Source: Pseudomonadota bacterium (GTDB taxonomy: Bacteria; Pseudomonadota; Alphaproteobacteria; Rhodobacterales; Rhodobacteraceae). Taken from it: DNA of 37,742 bases. Shown in pieces: positions 8,737 through 18,850 of the stretch. The position numbers were made by a program, and so were the translations under genes. The stretch is taken from assembly GCA_039025595.1 (NCBI GenBank), contig JBCCNY010000001.1, positions 1-37,742 on the forward strand. Direction: 5' to 3'. Numbering within the stretch: the first letter of the stretch is position 1; the number at the start of each line of letters is the position of its first letter. Under the pieces are notes generated by a model. The model searched no databases. It had not been told where the DNA came from and saw only the letters and a program-made list of their open reading frames with translations.

Positions 8737-9606
8737 ATGAACTGTCTTCTCTCATTCGGGCACGGCTATTCCGCGCAGGCGCTCACACGGTTGTTGCTGC
8801 CGAAGGGCTGGCAAGTTATCGGCACGACACGCTCTGCAGAAAAAGCCGCCCGATTGGTCGGGTCGGGGGTCGAGACCATTGTCTGGCCGGGTGGCGTTTC
8901 TACTGAAACTCTGTCCGATGCAATGGGACGCGCCACGCATCTGCTGATCTCTGCCGGACCGGAGGGGGAGGGTGGTGACCCAGTGCTGGCGCGGCTTACG
9001 CCCGACATCACGAAAATGGCCGGACAACTGAGATGGGCGGGGTATCTCTCAACAACCGGTGTCTATGGTGACCACAAGGGCGCATGGGTCGATGAAAGTA
9101 CGCCGCTTAATCCAGCAACGGCGCGGGGCCAATTACGCGTGGACGCAGAGGCCGCCTGGGCCGCGATCGCCGAACTTCCGCTTCATGTTTTTCGTCTTGC
9201 GGGCATTTATGGCCCGGGTCGTGGTCCCTTCGCGAAAGTACGGTCTGGTACCGCGCGGCGCATCATTAAGCCGGGTCAGGTGTTCAGCCGCATCCATGTG
9301 GCGGATATCGCTCAGGTGCTTGCGGCTTCTATCGACCGACCAAATCCAGGCGCGATATACAATGTTTGCGATAATCTGCCCGCGCCGCCGGAGGATGTGA
9401 TTGGCTACGCTGCGGAATTGCTGGGTCTGCCGTTACCGCCTGCGACCGATTTCGAGTCAGCCGACATGACCGAGATGGCACGCAGCTTTTATGCTGAGTC
9501 CAAACGTACGGATAATCGGCGTCTGGCAGAAGAGTTGGGTGTTGAGCTACTTTATCCTGATTACAAAAGCGGCCTTGAGGCGCTGTTGAAGGCTGAGAGC
9601 GTCTGA
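8737..9606 (+). CDS. Atypical SDR / NAD-dependent epimerase family oxidoreductase
   Basis: FGHGYSA Rossmann start, YLSTTGVYGD, FRLAGIYGPGR, RIHVADIA. Confidence 0.92.
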   Translation: MNCLLSFGHGYSAQALTRLLLPKGWQVIGTTRSAEKAARLVGSGVETIVWPGGVSTETLSDAMGRATHLLISAGPEGEGGDPVLARLTPDITKMAGQLRWAGYLSTTGVYGDHKGAWVDESTPLNPATARGQLRVDAEAAWAAIAELPLHVFRLAGIYGPGRGPFAKVRSGTARRIIKPGQVFSRIHVADIAQVLAASIDRPNPGAIYNVCDNLPAPPEDVIGYAAELLGLPLPPATDFESADMTEMARSFYAESKRTDNRRLAEELGVELLYPDYKSGLEALLKAESV

Positions 9607-9620
9607 CCTGAGGTTTCTTT

Positions 9621-9688
9621 GAGTATTTTTGGCAAGGTGAAGAGGAGTGATCCGTCGTGATCTTGCATCAAATACTCCCGTCGGAGGC
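9621..9688. repeat. Two inverted REP-like repeat copies (2 and 3)
   Basis: GAGTATTTTTGGCAAGGTGAAG (+, 9621-9642) and GCCTCCGACGGGAGTATTTGATGCAAGATCACG (-, 9688-9656) between convergent SDR and folC. Confidence 0.65.
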
Positions 9689-9707
9689 GTTTCGGACTTG
9701 GAGCGTT

Positions 9708-10982
9708 TCAAGCGTTTTCGCGCAAGACGTGACCGGCAAGGTAAAGCGAGCCGCAGATGAGAATTCGGGCCTTGGGGGTGTGTGCGGCCAGACGGGACAG
9801 GGCCTCGGACGCGCTTTCGGCGGTCTCCGCCATCATACCGCAGGCGCGCGCGGCTGTTGCTGTGGCTTCAGCGGTCAGAGTGTTGGCTTCGCCCGGTATT
9901 GACAGGGCCGTCAACCCTTCTGTGACCGACGCCAGAGGAGACAGATAGCCTGAGACATCTTTCGTGTTCAGCATTCCGCAAACAAGGAACGTCTGGCGTG
10001 GCGGAAGCCCTGCAAGATGATTTGCCAGAGCGGTCCCTGCCGCCGGGTTGTGACCGCCATCAAGCCAAATCTCGGCCTCCGGTGCGACATCCACCAAGGG
10101 GCCAACGCGCAGCCTCTGCATCCGGGCTGGCCATTCCGCGCGACTGACCGCCGCCTCAAGGGCCGTGTCCCCCTGATCCAGATGGCGCAGGGCGCAGAGC
10201 GCGGCGCCTGCATTCTGGATTTGATGTGCGCCCGGCAGGTTTGGCAATGGCAGATCTCTCAGTCCCGTTTCATCTTGATAGATCAACCGTTCACGCTCGG
10301 TGGTGACATGCCAGTGCTGGCCATAGGCTAGCAACCGGCTGCCGATCCGCGCGGCCTGCGCTTCCATCACATCCATAGCAGCATCTTCCTGAGCGCCGAC
10401 CACGCAAACCACGCCGGGTTTGAGAATACCAGCCTTCTCGGCTGCAATTTCGGGCAGTGTATCGCCAAGAAATTGCTGATGATCCAAAGAGACTGGTGTT
10501 ATCATTGTCAAAGCGGGCGTTTCGATCACGTTGGTAGCATCCAGCCGACCGCCCAAACCGACCTCCAGCAAGGTAAAATCGGCCACGCTGCGTGACATGG
10601 CCAGGAGAGCGGCGCAGGTCGTGATCTCGAAATAGGTGATCGGCGCGTCACCGTTGGCGGCATAGCATTCATCCAGCACAGCAGTCAGATCGGGCTCTGA
10701 AATCAACGAACCCGCGATCCGGATGCGTTCGTGAAACCGGGCCAGATGGGGTGACGTATAGGCATGGCAGCTTCGGCCTGCGCCCTCGAGCCCTGCGCGC
10801 AGCATCGCCAGGGTTGAGCCTTTGCCATTCGTGCCTGCGATATGAATGACGGGTGGAAGCTTGTGCTGGGGATCGCCCAGAATATCGAGCAATCGCCACA
10901 CGCGATCCAGCGTAAGGTCGATGATTTTTGGGTGAAGTGACATCATCCTCTCGAGGATGAGGTCGGAGCCCTGCGCCGTCAT
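9708..10982 (-). CDS. folC: Bifunctional folylpolyglutamate/dihydrofolate synthase
   Basis: [41 protein letters not shown]; 4-nt overlap with accD. Confidence 0.97.
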   Translation of the reverse strand: MTAQGSDLILERMMSLHPKIIDLTLDRVWRLLDILGDPQHKLPPVIHIAGTNGKGSTLAMLRAGLEGAGRSCHAYTSPHLARFHERIRIAGSLISEPDLTAVLDECYAANGDAPITYFEITTCAALLAMSRSVADFTLLEVGLGGRLDATNVIETPALTMITPVSLDHQQFLGDTLPEIAAEKAGILKPGVVCVVGAQEDAAMDVMEAQAARIGSRLLAYGQHWHVTTERERLIYQDETGLRDLPLPNLPGAHQIQNAGAALCALRHLDQGDTALEAAVSRAEWPARMQRLRVGPLVDVAPEAEIWLDGGHNPAAGTALANHLAGLPPRQTFLVCGMLNTKDVSGYLSPLASVTEGLTALSIPGEANTLTAEATATAARACGMMAETAESASEALSRLAAHTPKARILICGSLYLAGHVLRENA

Positions 10983-11956
10983 CCGTGCTCTGATGCCTGA
11001 TCCAGTTTCGCTGCGGTAGACGGTGTTTCCCCCCCGGGGGCGTCGGAACCTTTCGCAACGGTCTCAGTTTTGGGCTCGGGCGGCGGTAAATCACCCATTA
11101 CAGCCGGTGGCAGATCCAGCAGCATGCGCGTGATCGTAATCAATTCATCGCGCAGCGCGCTGCGGGGTGTCACGCGATCGAGCATACCGTGATCAAGAAG
11201 ATACTCCGCCCTCTGGAAACCCTCTGGTAATTTCTCCCGGATGGTTTGTTCGATCACCCGGGGGCCTGCAAAACAGATCAACGCACCCGGTTCCGCGATA
11301 TGTATGTCGCCGAGCATCGCATAAGAGGCCGTCACACCTCCTGTCGTGGGATGGGTCAAAACCACGATATATGGCAAGCCCGCCTCTTTCAGCATCTGGA
11401 CCGCGACCGTTGTCCGCGGCATTTGCATCAGGCTGAGGATGCCCTCTTGCATACGCGCGCCGCCGGCGGCCGAAAACAGTATGAGCGGGCGCTTAAGGCG
11501 CACAGCCTCCTGGCAGGCTGCAATGATCGCATTGCCCACATACATGCCCATGGACCCGCCCATGAAAGAGAAGTCTTGGGCCGCAGCAACGATTGGCGTA
11601 CGCCCGATCTCGCCAGTGGCGACCAGCATGGCCTCCTGTTCGCCGGACGCCTTTTGTGCCGTCTTCATCCGGTCGGGATAACGTTTTTGGTCGCGAAACT
11701 GGAGCGGGTCGGCGAGTGGGGCGGGGACATCCACTTCGGCGAAGATACCGCCATCGAAGAGGGTGGTGAACCGATCCCGCGCCATCAGCGTCATGTGATG
11801 ACCGCACGAGGTACACACATTAAGGTTTTCGCGCAATTCGCGGTGGAATAGCATTGTCCCGCAACTGTCGCATTTCGTCCATAGGTTTTCCGGGATTTCG
11901 CGGCGAGAGAAGATCGAGTTTATCCGGGGGCGGACGTAATTCGTGATCCAGTTCAT
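10979..11956 (-). CDS. accD: Acetyl-CoA carboxylase carboxyltransferase beta subunit
   Basis: [10 protein letters not shown] start, CxxC...CxxC zinc finger, [27 protein letters not shown]. Confidence 0.98.
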   Translation of the reverse strand: MNWITNYVRPRINSIFSRREIPENLWTKCDSCGTMLFHRELRENLNVCTSCGHHMTLMARDRFTTLFDGGIFAEVDVPAPLADPLQFRDQKRYPDRMKTAQKASGEQEAMLVATGEIGRTPIVAAAQDFSFMGGSMGMYVGNAIIAACQEAVRLKRPLILFSAAGGARMQEGILSLMQMPRTTVAVQMLKEAGLPYIVVLTHPTTGGVTASYAMLGDIHIAEPGALICFAGPRVIEQTIREKLPEGFQRAEYLLDHGMLDRVTPRSALRDELITITRMLLDLPPAVMGDLPPPEPKTETVAKGSDAPGGETPSTAAKLDQASEHG

Positions 11957-12070
11957 CGCAGCCGCGGCTTTCTCTTCGGGTTGAACGCAGCGACCCGGAC
12001 GCACCGAAGACGCAGTATGTTGGAGTTAAAGCTGTCAAAGGAAAATTGCAATTGCTGAGCGAAAAAGGCC

Positions 12071-12967
12071 TCAGCGCCTAATGGCAAGCCGAGCGGTGAG
12101 CCAACTGAGGAAAAGTACCATCAAATCGATCGGCGCCCATATCCACACGGCATCCGTGTCATCGAGGCCAAACGGATAGGTATAGAGGGCCAGACCATCG
12201 AAATTCCCCTCTGGCGCGATCAGCAGAATGGCCGCGACATTGTTTATGAAGTGCATTGCAACAGCAGGGCCAAGCGTTCCGGACCGCGCTGTCAGATCCG
12301 CGGCCGCCAGCCCAAATGCGGTGGCCCAGGCTGTGATCAGTAGCGCATTATCGCCCATCGTTGCTGTGTCATAATGCAAAAATCCGAAGACGATCGCCGG
12401 GACGCTCATCCAGACAATCCGGTTTGCGTAACGCGCAGCCAGTTGGCTTTGCAGATAGCCGCGGAAAACCAACTCTTCCGTGCCGGTTTGTACAAGCACG
12501 GCGGGCAAGGCGAGAGGCAGCAGGAGCAGCCAGTCAGCGACGCGCATGTTCGACACTGGCACGGCGTCAGGATGGGTCGGCAGAAGCGCATTGAGAAACA
12601 GATGCAAACCGGCCAGGTAAAGACATATGCGAGAGAATTGAGTTTTCGCCAGTTTGATATCGCCAATGATACTGACGACGTCGCGCGCATGTATTTGCCG
12701 CAGCGAGATGGCCAGCGCAATGGCCGCCAGGCCAAAAACGTACAGGTTCGCCAGAACGCCGACCGGGCTGTCGCCGGTGCGCAACGTGGTGTCATATCGG
12801 GCGAGTGTGTCGCCCGGAAAGACCACGCCAAGAAAGGCGGACAGACAGAAAATCAGCGAATAAAAGAGTATAATCGTAAATACGACCCCGACTGCAAGGC
12901 GCGACAAAGCGGCCGTTGGACGGGCCGGCGCGACAAGCGTCTCGTAGGGCCTATAAGCATTTCGCAT
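12071..12967 (-). CDS. CPBP family intramembrane glutamic endopeptidase (CAAX protease/Abi-like)
   Basis: EELVFRGY, FGFLH, HFINN motifs in a multi-TM protein. Confidence 0.92.
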   Translation of the reverse strand: MRNAYRPYETLVAPARPTAALSRLAVGVVFTIILFYSLIFCLSAFLGVVFPGDTLARYDTTLRTGDSPVGVLANLYVFGLAAIALAISLRQIHARDVVSIIGDIKLAKTQFSRICLYLAGLHLFLNALLPTHPDAVPVSNMRVADWLLLLPLALPAVLVQTGTEELVFRGYLQSQLAARYANRIVWMSVPAIVFGFLHYDTATMGDNALLITAWATAFGLAAADLTARSGTLGPAVAMHFINNVAAILLIAPEGNFDGLALYTYPFGLDDTDAVWIWAPIDLMVLFLSWLTARLAIRR

Positions 12968-13023
12968 GTGTTGTAGCTAAGTGGAGCCCAAGGTCGGCTC
13001 AAGCCGTTCTACGCTTTGGTCGT

Positions 13024-13055
13024 AAAAAAGGCCCGGGAGTACCGGGCCTTTTTTT
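13024..13055. terminator. Intrinsic terminator downstream of amtB (bidirectional geometry)
   Basis: AAAAAA-GGCCCGG-GAGTA-CCGGGCC-TTTTTTT. Confidence 0.85.
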
Positions 13056-13121
13056 CTTTGATCTTGCGTCATACACTGTCCCGATTCTGCCTTCTGCAAG
13101 ACAGAACCGGAGATGTCTGCG

Positions 13122-14450
13122 TCAACCCTTGGAGAATTCAGGGTAAGCTTCCATCCCAAGCTCTGACATGTCGAGACCGTTGATCTCATCTTCTTCAGCG
13201 ACCCGGATACCCAAGATCGCTTTGAGGATGAACCAGAGGACCAGAGACAGCACGAATGTCGCGCCGACGATCGCGATGACGCCCAGAAGCTGGGTGCCGA
13301 TCGCTGCTTCACCATAAAAGATCACGGCAATCGTACCCCAAACACCGGCAAATCCGTGGACCGGGATGGCACCGACGACATCGTCGATCTTCAACTTATC
13401 AAGCATCGGAATGGTCAGAACTACAATCACACCACCCACAGCGCCGATCCAAAGTGCTCCGAAGAGAGTGGGGGCAAGAGGTTCCGCCGTGATCGAAACA
13501 AGCCCAGCCAACGCACCGTTGAGGACCATGGTCAGGTCAGGCTTCTTGTAGAGGATCTGCGTCAGGATCAACGCGGCTACAGCGCCGGAGGAGGCGGCCA
13601 TATTGGTGTTGGAGAAGATCCGCGAGATATCCGCGACGTCGCCAGCAGAGCCCATCGCCAGCTGTGAGCCACCATTAAAGCCAAACCAGCCGAGCCAAAG
13701 AATGAACATCCCCAGGGTGGCCAGGGCCAAGTTGGAGCCTGGCATCGGGTTCACTTTACCATCCTTGTACTTCCCGATCCGCGGACCCAACACGATGGCA
13801 CCCGCCAAAGCCGCTGCTGCGCCGCAAGCGTGAACGACAGTCGATCCCGCAAAGTCAGAGAAACCTGCCTCAGAGAGCCAACCGCCGCCCCACTGCCATG
13901 ATGCTGTGAGCGGGTAGATAAAACCGGTGAGGACCGCCACGAAAATCAGGAACGGCCAGAGCTTGATGCGTTCTGCCAGAGCGCCCGAAACAATCGACGC
14001 CGTCGCCGCACAGAACATCAACTGGAAGATATAGTCAGAACCGGTTGATGCATAGGCCGCGTCGTCCGCGTCCGCGAGCGCCACGCCGACCGGTTCGAGC
14101 ACCGCCACAGCCGGGAACAAGGCTGAGAAGTAGCCCTCGATCGCCCAGTCTCCCAGCGGATACATCAGGTTGTAGCCTATCAGCCAGTACATGATGCCCG
14201 CGATCGAGAACAGCGCCACGTTCTTGGTCATCTGCATGGTGACGTTCTTGGAGCGAACCAGACCACCTTCGAGCATGGCAAACCCTGCTGCCATGAAAAA
14301 GACCAAAAAGCCGCCGATCAAAAACAACAACGAGTTAAAGATCCAGACGACCTCTTCCGAAACGGCTGGGGCCTCTGCATCCTGTGCCATGCCTACTGCC
14401 GGCAGCAATAGCGCTGCGGCAAAGACAGGAAGGAAAGTATTGAATTTCAT
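13122..14450 (-). CDS. amtB: Ammonium transporter
   Basis: Signal peptide, DFAGSTVVH, LWLGWFGFNGGS, DDVVGAIPVHG (twin His); start ATG 14450. Confidence 0.97.
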   Translation of the reverse strand: MKFNTFLPVFAAALLLPAVGMAQDAEAPAVSEEVVWIFNSLLFLIGGFLVFFMAAGFAMLEGGLVRSKNVTMQMTKNVALFSIAGIMYWLIGYNLMYPLGDWAIEGYFSALFPAVAVLEPVGVALADADDAAYASTGSDYIFQLMFCAATASIVSGALAERIKLWPFLIFVAVLTGFIYPLTASWQWGGGWLSEAGFSDFAGSTVVHACGAAAALAGAIVLGPRIGKYKDGKVNPMPGSNLALATLGMFILWLGWFGFNGGSQLAMGSAGDVADISRIFSNTNMAASSGAVAALILTQILYKKPDLTMVLNGALAGLVSITAEPLAPTLFGALWIGAVGGVIVVLTIPMLDKLKIDDVVGAIPVHGFAGVWGTIAVIFYGEAAIGTQLLGVIAIVGATFVLSLVLWFILKAILGIRVAEEDEINGLDMSELGMEAYPEFSKG

Positions 14451-14481
14451 GTTTGTTTTCCCACTAAGTCTGAATGCGCTA

Positions 14482-14820
14482 TCACAGCGCGTCTTCGTTT
14501 GCTTCGCCGGTGCGCACGCGCATCGCTTGCCCCACATCGAGCACGAAGATCTTGCCGTCGCCGATTTTGCCGGTCCGCGCGGTATTGCCGATCGTTTCGA
14601 TCACTTGATCGACCATCGCGTCAGAAACTGCGATTTCGAGCTTAATTTTTGGTACGAAATTCACCGCGTATTCAGCGCCGCGATAGATTTCGGTGTGACC
14701 AGACTGCGAGCCGAAGCCCTTGATCTCGGTCACCATCATGCCGCGAACGCCGATCCCCGTCAGCGCCTCACGCACATCTTCAAGCTTGAACGGCTTGATG
14801 GTTGCTATGATGAGTTTCAC
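14482..14820 (-). CDS. glnK: PII nitrogen regulatory protein
   Basis: 112 aa from GTG 14820; IKPFKL, EIYRGAEY, TGKIGDGKIFV; directly upstream of amtB. Confidence 0.96.
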   Translation of the reverse strand: MKLIIATIKPFKLEDVREALTGIGVRGMMVTEIKGFGSQSGHTEIYRGAEYAVNFVPKIKLEIAVSDAMVDQVIETIGNTARTGKIGDGKIFVLDVGQAMRVRTGEANEDAL

Positions 14821-14930
14821 AGATGTCCCCTTTGAAGTTGCTTGGGCATTTGCCTGCGCGCAACAGATGCGCCGACGTCTCAGGACGGGAAGGTTGTGAG
14901 CGGGCATAGGGTGTCAAATTCTTGCCACAA

Positions 14931-14976
14931 TGATTAAAATTTTGGCATATTTACCTTTTTGCACATCATTTGGACG
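14931..14976. promoter_or_regulatory. Candidate tandem NtrC-binding sites upstream of glnK
   Basis: Two 17-mers resembling TGC-N11-GCA: TGATTAAAATTTTGGCA (14931-14947), TGCACATCATTTGGACG (14960-14976). Confidence 0.5.
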
Positions 14977-15067
14977 TTTTTGAATCCGCGTGCTTGGCTG
15001 CCAATCAGGGGTCTACTTTCTTTTCATCGGGCGCTAGATTGAAACTTGAGCAGAGCAGGTATTGATT

Positions 15068-17239
15068 ATGGCCGGTACGGGAAAACAACGGGCGCGCCTC
15101 GTCGCGGACAAGCGCTACGGCGCAGTCAAGAAAAGTGCGCCTGCCAAGAAAGCCGCAAAATCAAATTCGAAACCCAGACGCCGCAAATCTAGACACCGTC
15201 AATCGCGAAGGTTCTCTGCGTTCTGGCGCCTTTGGCCCGTCATGGTGCTAAGCCGTGCAGTCCGGTGGGTTATGCGTGGCATATGGGCGGTCGCGTGGCG
15301 CGTGTCTGCAGTCGCTGTTGTCCTGGTTGCGCTGGCGGTTGGTTACGTTTACCTCACGTTGCCGGATGTCGAGGCCTTGCTTGACGGGCGTGCCAGAGGC
15401 TCTGTCACGCTCTTGGATCGCAATGGTGACGTGTTCGCCTGGCGAGGTGACCAATTCGGCGGCGTTGTGACGGCTCAGACGGTGAGCCGACATATGCATA
15501 ACGCAGTGATTTCAACAGAAGATAGACGCTTTTACCGCCATTTTGGTATAAGCCCTCGTGGCGTGGTCGGGGCGATACGGATCAACCTGACGGAAGGTCG
15601 CGGCGCGCTTCAGGGTCATGGCGGCTCTACGATTACGCAGCAAACGGCGAAACTTCTTTGTCTGGGGGTCGAGTATAACAAAGAAGACTGGGAGAGCGAG
15701 GCCGATTATGTGCGAGATTGCCGTCGCGGTTCGTTGGGACGAAAGGCCAAGGAGGCCGTTTATGCCCTTGCGATGGAGGCGAAGTACTCAAAGAGTGAAA
15801 TTCTCTCTGTCTACCTGAATCGTGCCTATTTTGGGGCTGGGGCCTATGGTGCTGAAGGGGCGGCCCAGCGATACTTCGGCATCTCGGCGCGTCAGGTAAA
15901 TGCGCCTCAGGCCGCGATGCTCGCCGGGCTTTTGACCGCTCCGACGCGACTTGCGCCGACCACAGACTTACAACGTTCGCAGGACCGTTCCGCTACTGTT
16001 TTGCGGCTGATGCACGAGCAGGGTTATCTCAGCGATACCGAACTGGCCGCAGCCCAGGCCAGTCCAGCCGTGCTCTCCGCAGCGGCGCAGGCCCAAAGCG
16101 GCGGCTATTTTGCCGATTGGGTGATGGGCGCGGGTCCCGATTTCTTTACGCTGGATACGACGGAGGATGTTGTTCTCAGCACGACGCTCGATCCTAAAGT
16201 ACAGCGCGCCGCAGAAGATGCGCTGACTTGGATTTTCGAAAACAAGGTACGCGAAGGCTCGAAGGCCGAGGCCGCAATTGTTGTGATGTCTTCGGACGGC
16301 GCGGTCCGCGCCATGGTGGGCGGGCGCGAGACCAAGGTGAGCGGCGCCTTCAACCGCGCGACGATGGCCAAGCGGCAAACGGGGTCAGCTTTCAAACCAT
16401 TCGTGTATGCGACCGCTTTGGAGTTGGGCTACAGCCCGCTCGACCAGGTTAGCGACGAACCCTATTGCCTTGACATCGCGGGCTCGGGCCGGTGGTGTCC
16501 GAAGAATTATACAAACGATTTTGCGGGCTCCGTGACATTGAACGAAGCGCATGCAAGGTCGTTGAACATACCCGCTGTTAAAGTGTCGGAATCCGTTGGG
16601 CGCGACTTGGTGAAGCAGGTCGCCTCGGATTTCGGTATCGATAATGAACTGGCCGACGGGCCGGCCTTGGCGCTTGGGGCATCTGAGAGCACGCTGCTGG
16701 AAATGACGGGCGCATATGCGGGCATTCTGAATGGCGGCTCCGCCGTGCTCCCTTACGGGCTAATCGAACTGAGACTGCAGGGAGATGACGAGGCGATGAT
16801 GGGAGTCAGTGGTGGCATCGGCGAACGCGTGATTCAGCAGGAAGCGGCGCAGCAGTTGACTTGGATGATGCATAACGTGGTTCAGCAAGGGACAGGCGCG
16901 CGTGCGAAACTTCCAGATCGTCAGGCCGCAGGGAAAACCGGAACGACGCAAGCCGCGCGCGACGCTTGGTTTCTGGGGTTTACTGCCAATTATGTGGCTG
17001 GTGTTTGGATGGGCTACGACGACAACACGCCGCTGACAGGCGTCACCGGCGGAGGTCTTCCCGCCGAAATCTGGCGAGAAACGATGATACGCGTGCATGC
17101 GGGACTTCCGGTGACGCCGCTGCCCATGGCTCAGCCGAAACCTGTGGCCACGCCACAAACGTCATCGCGGCAACGCAGCCGCTCACGTTCCAATCCGATC
17201 GAAGACATATTGCGCGGGCTCTTCGGGATCAGCCGCTAA
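15068..17239 (+). CDS. Class A penicillin-binding protein (PBP1A family)
   Basis: Basic tail + TM; EDRRFYRHFG, GSTITQQ transglycosylase motifs; SAFK, SLN, KTG transpeptidase motifs. Confidence 0.95.
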   Translation: MAGTGKQRARLVADKRYGAVKKSAPAKKAAKSNSKPRRRKSRHRQSRRFSAFWRLWPVMVLSRAVRWVMRGIWAVAWRVSAVAVVLVALAVGYVYLTLPDVEALLDGRARGSVTLLDRNGDVFAWRGDQFGGVVTAQTVSRHMHNAVISTEDRRFYRHFGISPRGVVGAIRINLTEGRGALQGHGGSTITQQTAKLLCLGVEYNKEDWESEADYVRDCRRGSLGRKAKEAVYALAMEAKYSKSEILSVYLNRAYFGAGAYGAEGAAQRYFGISARQVNAPQAAMLAGLLTAPTRLAPTTDLQRSQDRSATVLRLMHEQGYLSDTELAAAQASPAVLSAAAQAQSGGYFADWVMGAGPDFFTLDTTEDVVLSTTLDPKVQRAAEDALTWIFENKVREGSKAEAAIVVMSSDGAVRAMVGGRETKVSGAFNRATMAKRQTGSAFKPFVYATALELGYSPLDQVSDEPYCLDIAGSGRWCPKNYTNDFAGSVTLNEAHARSLNIPAVKVSESVGRDLVKQVASDFGIDNELADGPALALGASESTLLEMTGAYAGILNGGSAVLPYGLIELRLQGDDEAMMGVSGGIGERVIQQEAAQQLTWMMHNVVQQGTGARAKLPDRQAAGKTGTTQAARDAWFLGFTANYVAGVWMGYDDNTPLTGVTGGGLPAEIWRETMIRVHAGLPVTPLPMAQPKPVATPQTSSRQRSRSRSNPIEDILRGLFGISR

Positions 17240-17279
17240 CGTTTGGCGCTGGAAAACAGGGGTTGATAAAGGCGTTTGC

Positions 17280-17879
17280 CTATCCTGCGCGAGAGACTGC
17301 GGCGATCAATCGGTCGAAGTCACCGCCGTTCTGATCCAGCATCGCGCCAATTTCCGTCCTTTCCGAAAGCCGCAAGCTGACCCCTTCGATCAGCATGTCG
17401 AAAAACAGATCCCGGCCCGAACGGTCGGAGACGTGAAATCGGACATCGAACGGCGACGAGCCGCGCAACGTGACGCGCGACCGCACTTCGACGTAAGACT
17501 TGACCTGACGTACGCCTGTCACCTCAACCCGTCCGCCGATGAACTCCCGGAACCGTCTTCCGTACTTTCGTGCGATGTAGCCCTGAAAGGCTCGGGTGAA
17601 GTTTCTTAATTGCGCCGGCGACGCCCGGCGTGAATCTTGACCCAAAGCAGAGCGCGCAATGATCGGCACATCCGCATACCGGGCGAAGATCCGCTCGAAA
17701 TCTCGTATCATCGAATTCAGCGGTTTTCCCGACGCAATGACACCATTGATTTCGGTGACAACTGAGTTCACCAAGGCTTCTGCCCGGGCTTCTGTCAGTG
17801 CGATCGCGGGTAGTGCTGCGCCCATGATTGCGGAGGCGCTGGCGGAAGCCAGGATGGATCTGCGCGTTAGAAATGTCAT
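17280..17879 (-). CDS. mlaC: MlaC/Ttg2D family phospholipid-binding protein
   Basis: Tat-like TRRSIL signal, IARSALG, DMLIEGVSL; 4-nt overlap with mlaA. Confidence 0.88.
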   Translation of the reverse strand: MTFLTRRSILASASASAIMGAALPAIALTEARAEALVNSVVTEINGVIASGKPLNSMIRDFERIFARYADVPIIARSALGQDSRRASPAQLRNFTRAFQGYIARKYGRRFREFIGGRVEVTGVRQVKSYVEVRSRVTLRGSSPFDVRFHVSDRSGRDLFFDMLIEGVSLRLSERTEIGAMLDQNGGDFDRLIAAVSRAG

Positions 17880-18667
17880 TCGAAATCACCCTCAAGAGGT
17901 GGGCCGAACTCATCATAGGGATCGTCGAAGCCGGATAAGTCGCCACCGTCAAGCTCGAATCTTCTATTTTGAATATAGAGCGTTTTTTGCTGGGCGTAAC
18001 TGTCGGCACTCTCATAGAGTACCGAGTCGATGGTGTCGGCAAAGCGTCCACGTCGCGCCAACGCGTCGGCGCCCACAGAGATCGTGCTCGCAAAGTTCCA
18101 AGGGGATTCGAGCAAGTAGCTGAGCGGGTTGATAAAAAGATCAACAAAGAAACCGGCGGTGTCGCGTTCGGTGGACGGGCCGACGAATGGCAGCTCGATA
18201 TAGGCGCCTTCCCGCACACCCCAATAATGCATAGTTTCACCGAAACTGGTTCTGTTTCGCGCGGGCATGCCAAGCTCGGTTGCGGGATCGAAAAACCCGG
18301 CCAGGCCCAAGGTGGAATTCACGGCAAACCTGTACAGGTTCTCGGTCGCATCGGCCATTTCCAACTGGAAGATGTTGTTCACGATATCAGACGGGATAGA
18401 CAGGTTTCCTGCCAACCGAGCCAAAGGTGTCTCAATATCATCAGGCAAGAATTCGGAATACGTCACCCCGACGGGTCGGACGAGGTTGCGGTCGATAGAT
18501 TTATTGAACTCGTGTATCGCCCTGTTGCGTTCTTCAAAAGGATCATAAGCTTCTTCCGGCGGATGACCGGCTGGCGGTTTTGCGCAGGCCGACATAAAAA
18601 CCAGCAAAAGCGTCGTGAGAGCCAGTTTGAACAAGCCCTGGCGATAATAGGTACGTTTAATCAACAC
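17876..18667 (-). CDS. mlaA: MlaA/VacJ family lipoprotein
   Basis: Lipobox MSAC, DPFEERNR, RFAVNSTLGLAGFFDPA, GAYIELPFVGPSTERD; start uncertain (GTG 18667 chosen). Confidence 0.92.
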   Translation of the reverse strand: MLIKRTYYRQGLFKLALTTLLLVFMSACAKPPAGHPPEEAYDPFEERNRAIHEFNKSIDRNLVRPVGVTYSEFLPDDIETPLARLAGNLSIPSDIVNNIFQLEMADATENLYRFAVNSTLGLAGFFDPATELGMPARNRTSFGETMHYWGVREGAYIELPFVGPSTERDTAGFFVDLFINPLSYLLESPWNFASTISVGADALARRGRFADTIDSVLYESADSYAQQKTLYIQNRRFELDGGDLSGFDDPYDEFGPPLEGDFE

Positions 18668-18850
18668 GGTCGGTCGAATTTCTGTTTTGTTTGCAGCACA
18701 CGAATGCCGAACTGCCACGGACGTAGCTCATTTTGGGCGCCGCTCCATTTAGCGACGATTTAATGATGCAGTAGCAGACCGGTGTTAAAACGTGTAAGGC
18801 CAAAGAGTGTCGAAAATCAAGCGGCTAAAGCGAAACCAGGACGCGACGGA

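Noticed and set aside
6553-9688. Repeats as CRISPR or IS ends
   Set aside because: Not regularly spaced, no cas or transposase; enclosed genes are housekeeping.
12071-12967. CPBP/Abi-named protein as phage defence
   Set aside because: Housekeeping context upstream of accD-folC; the family name alone does not imply defence.
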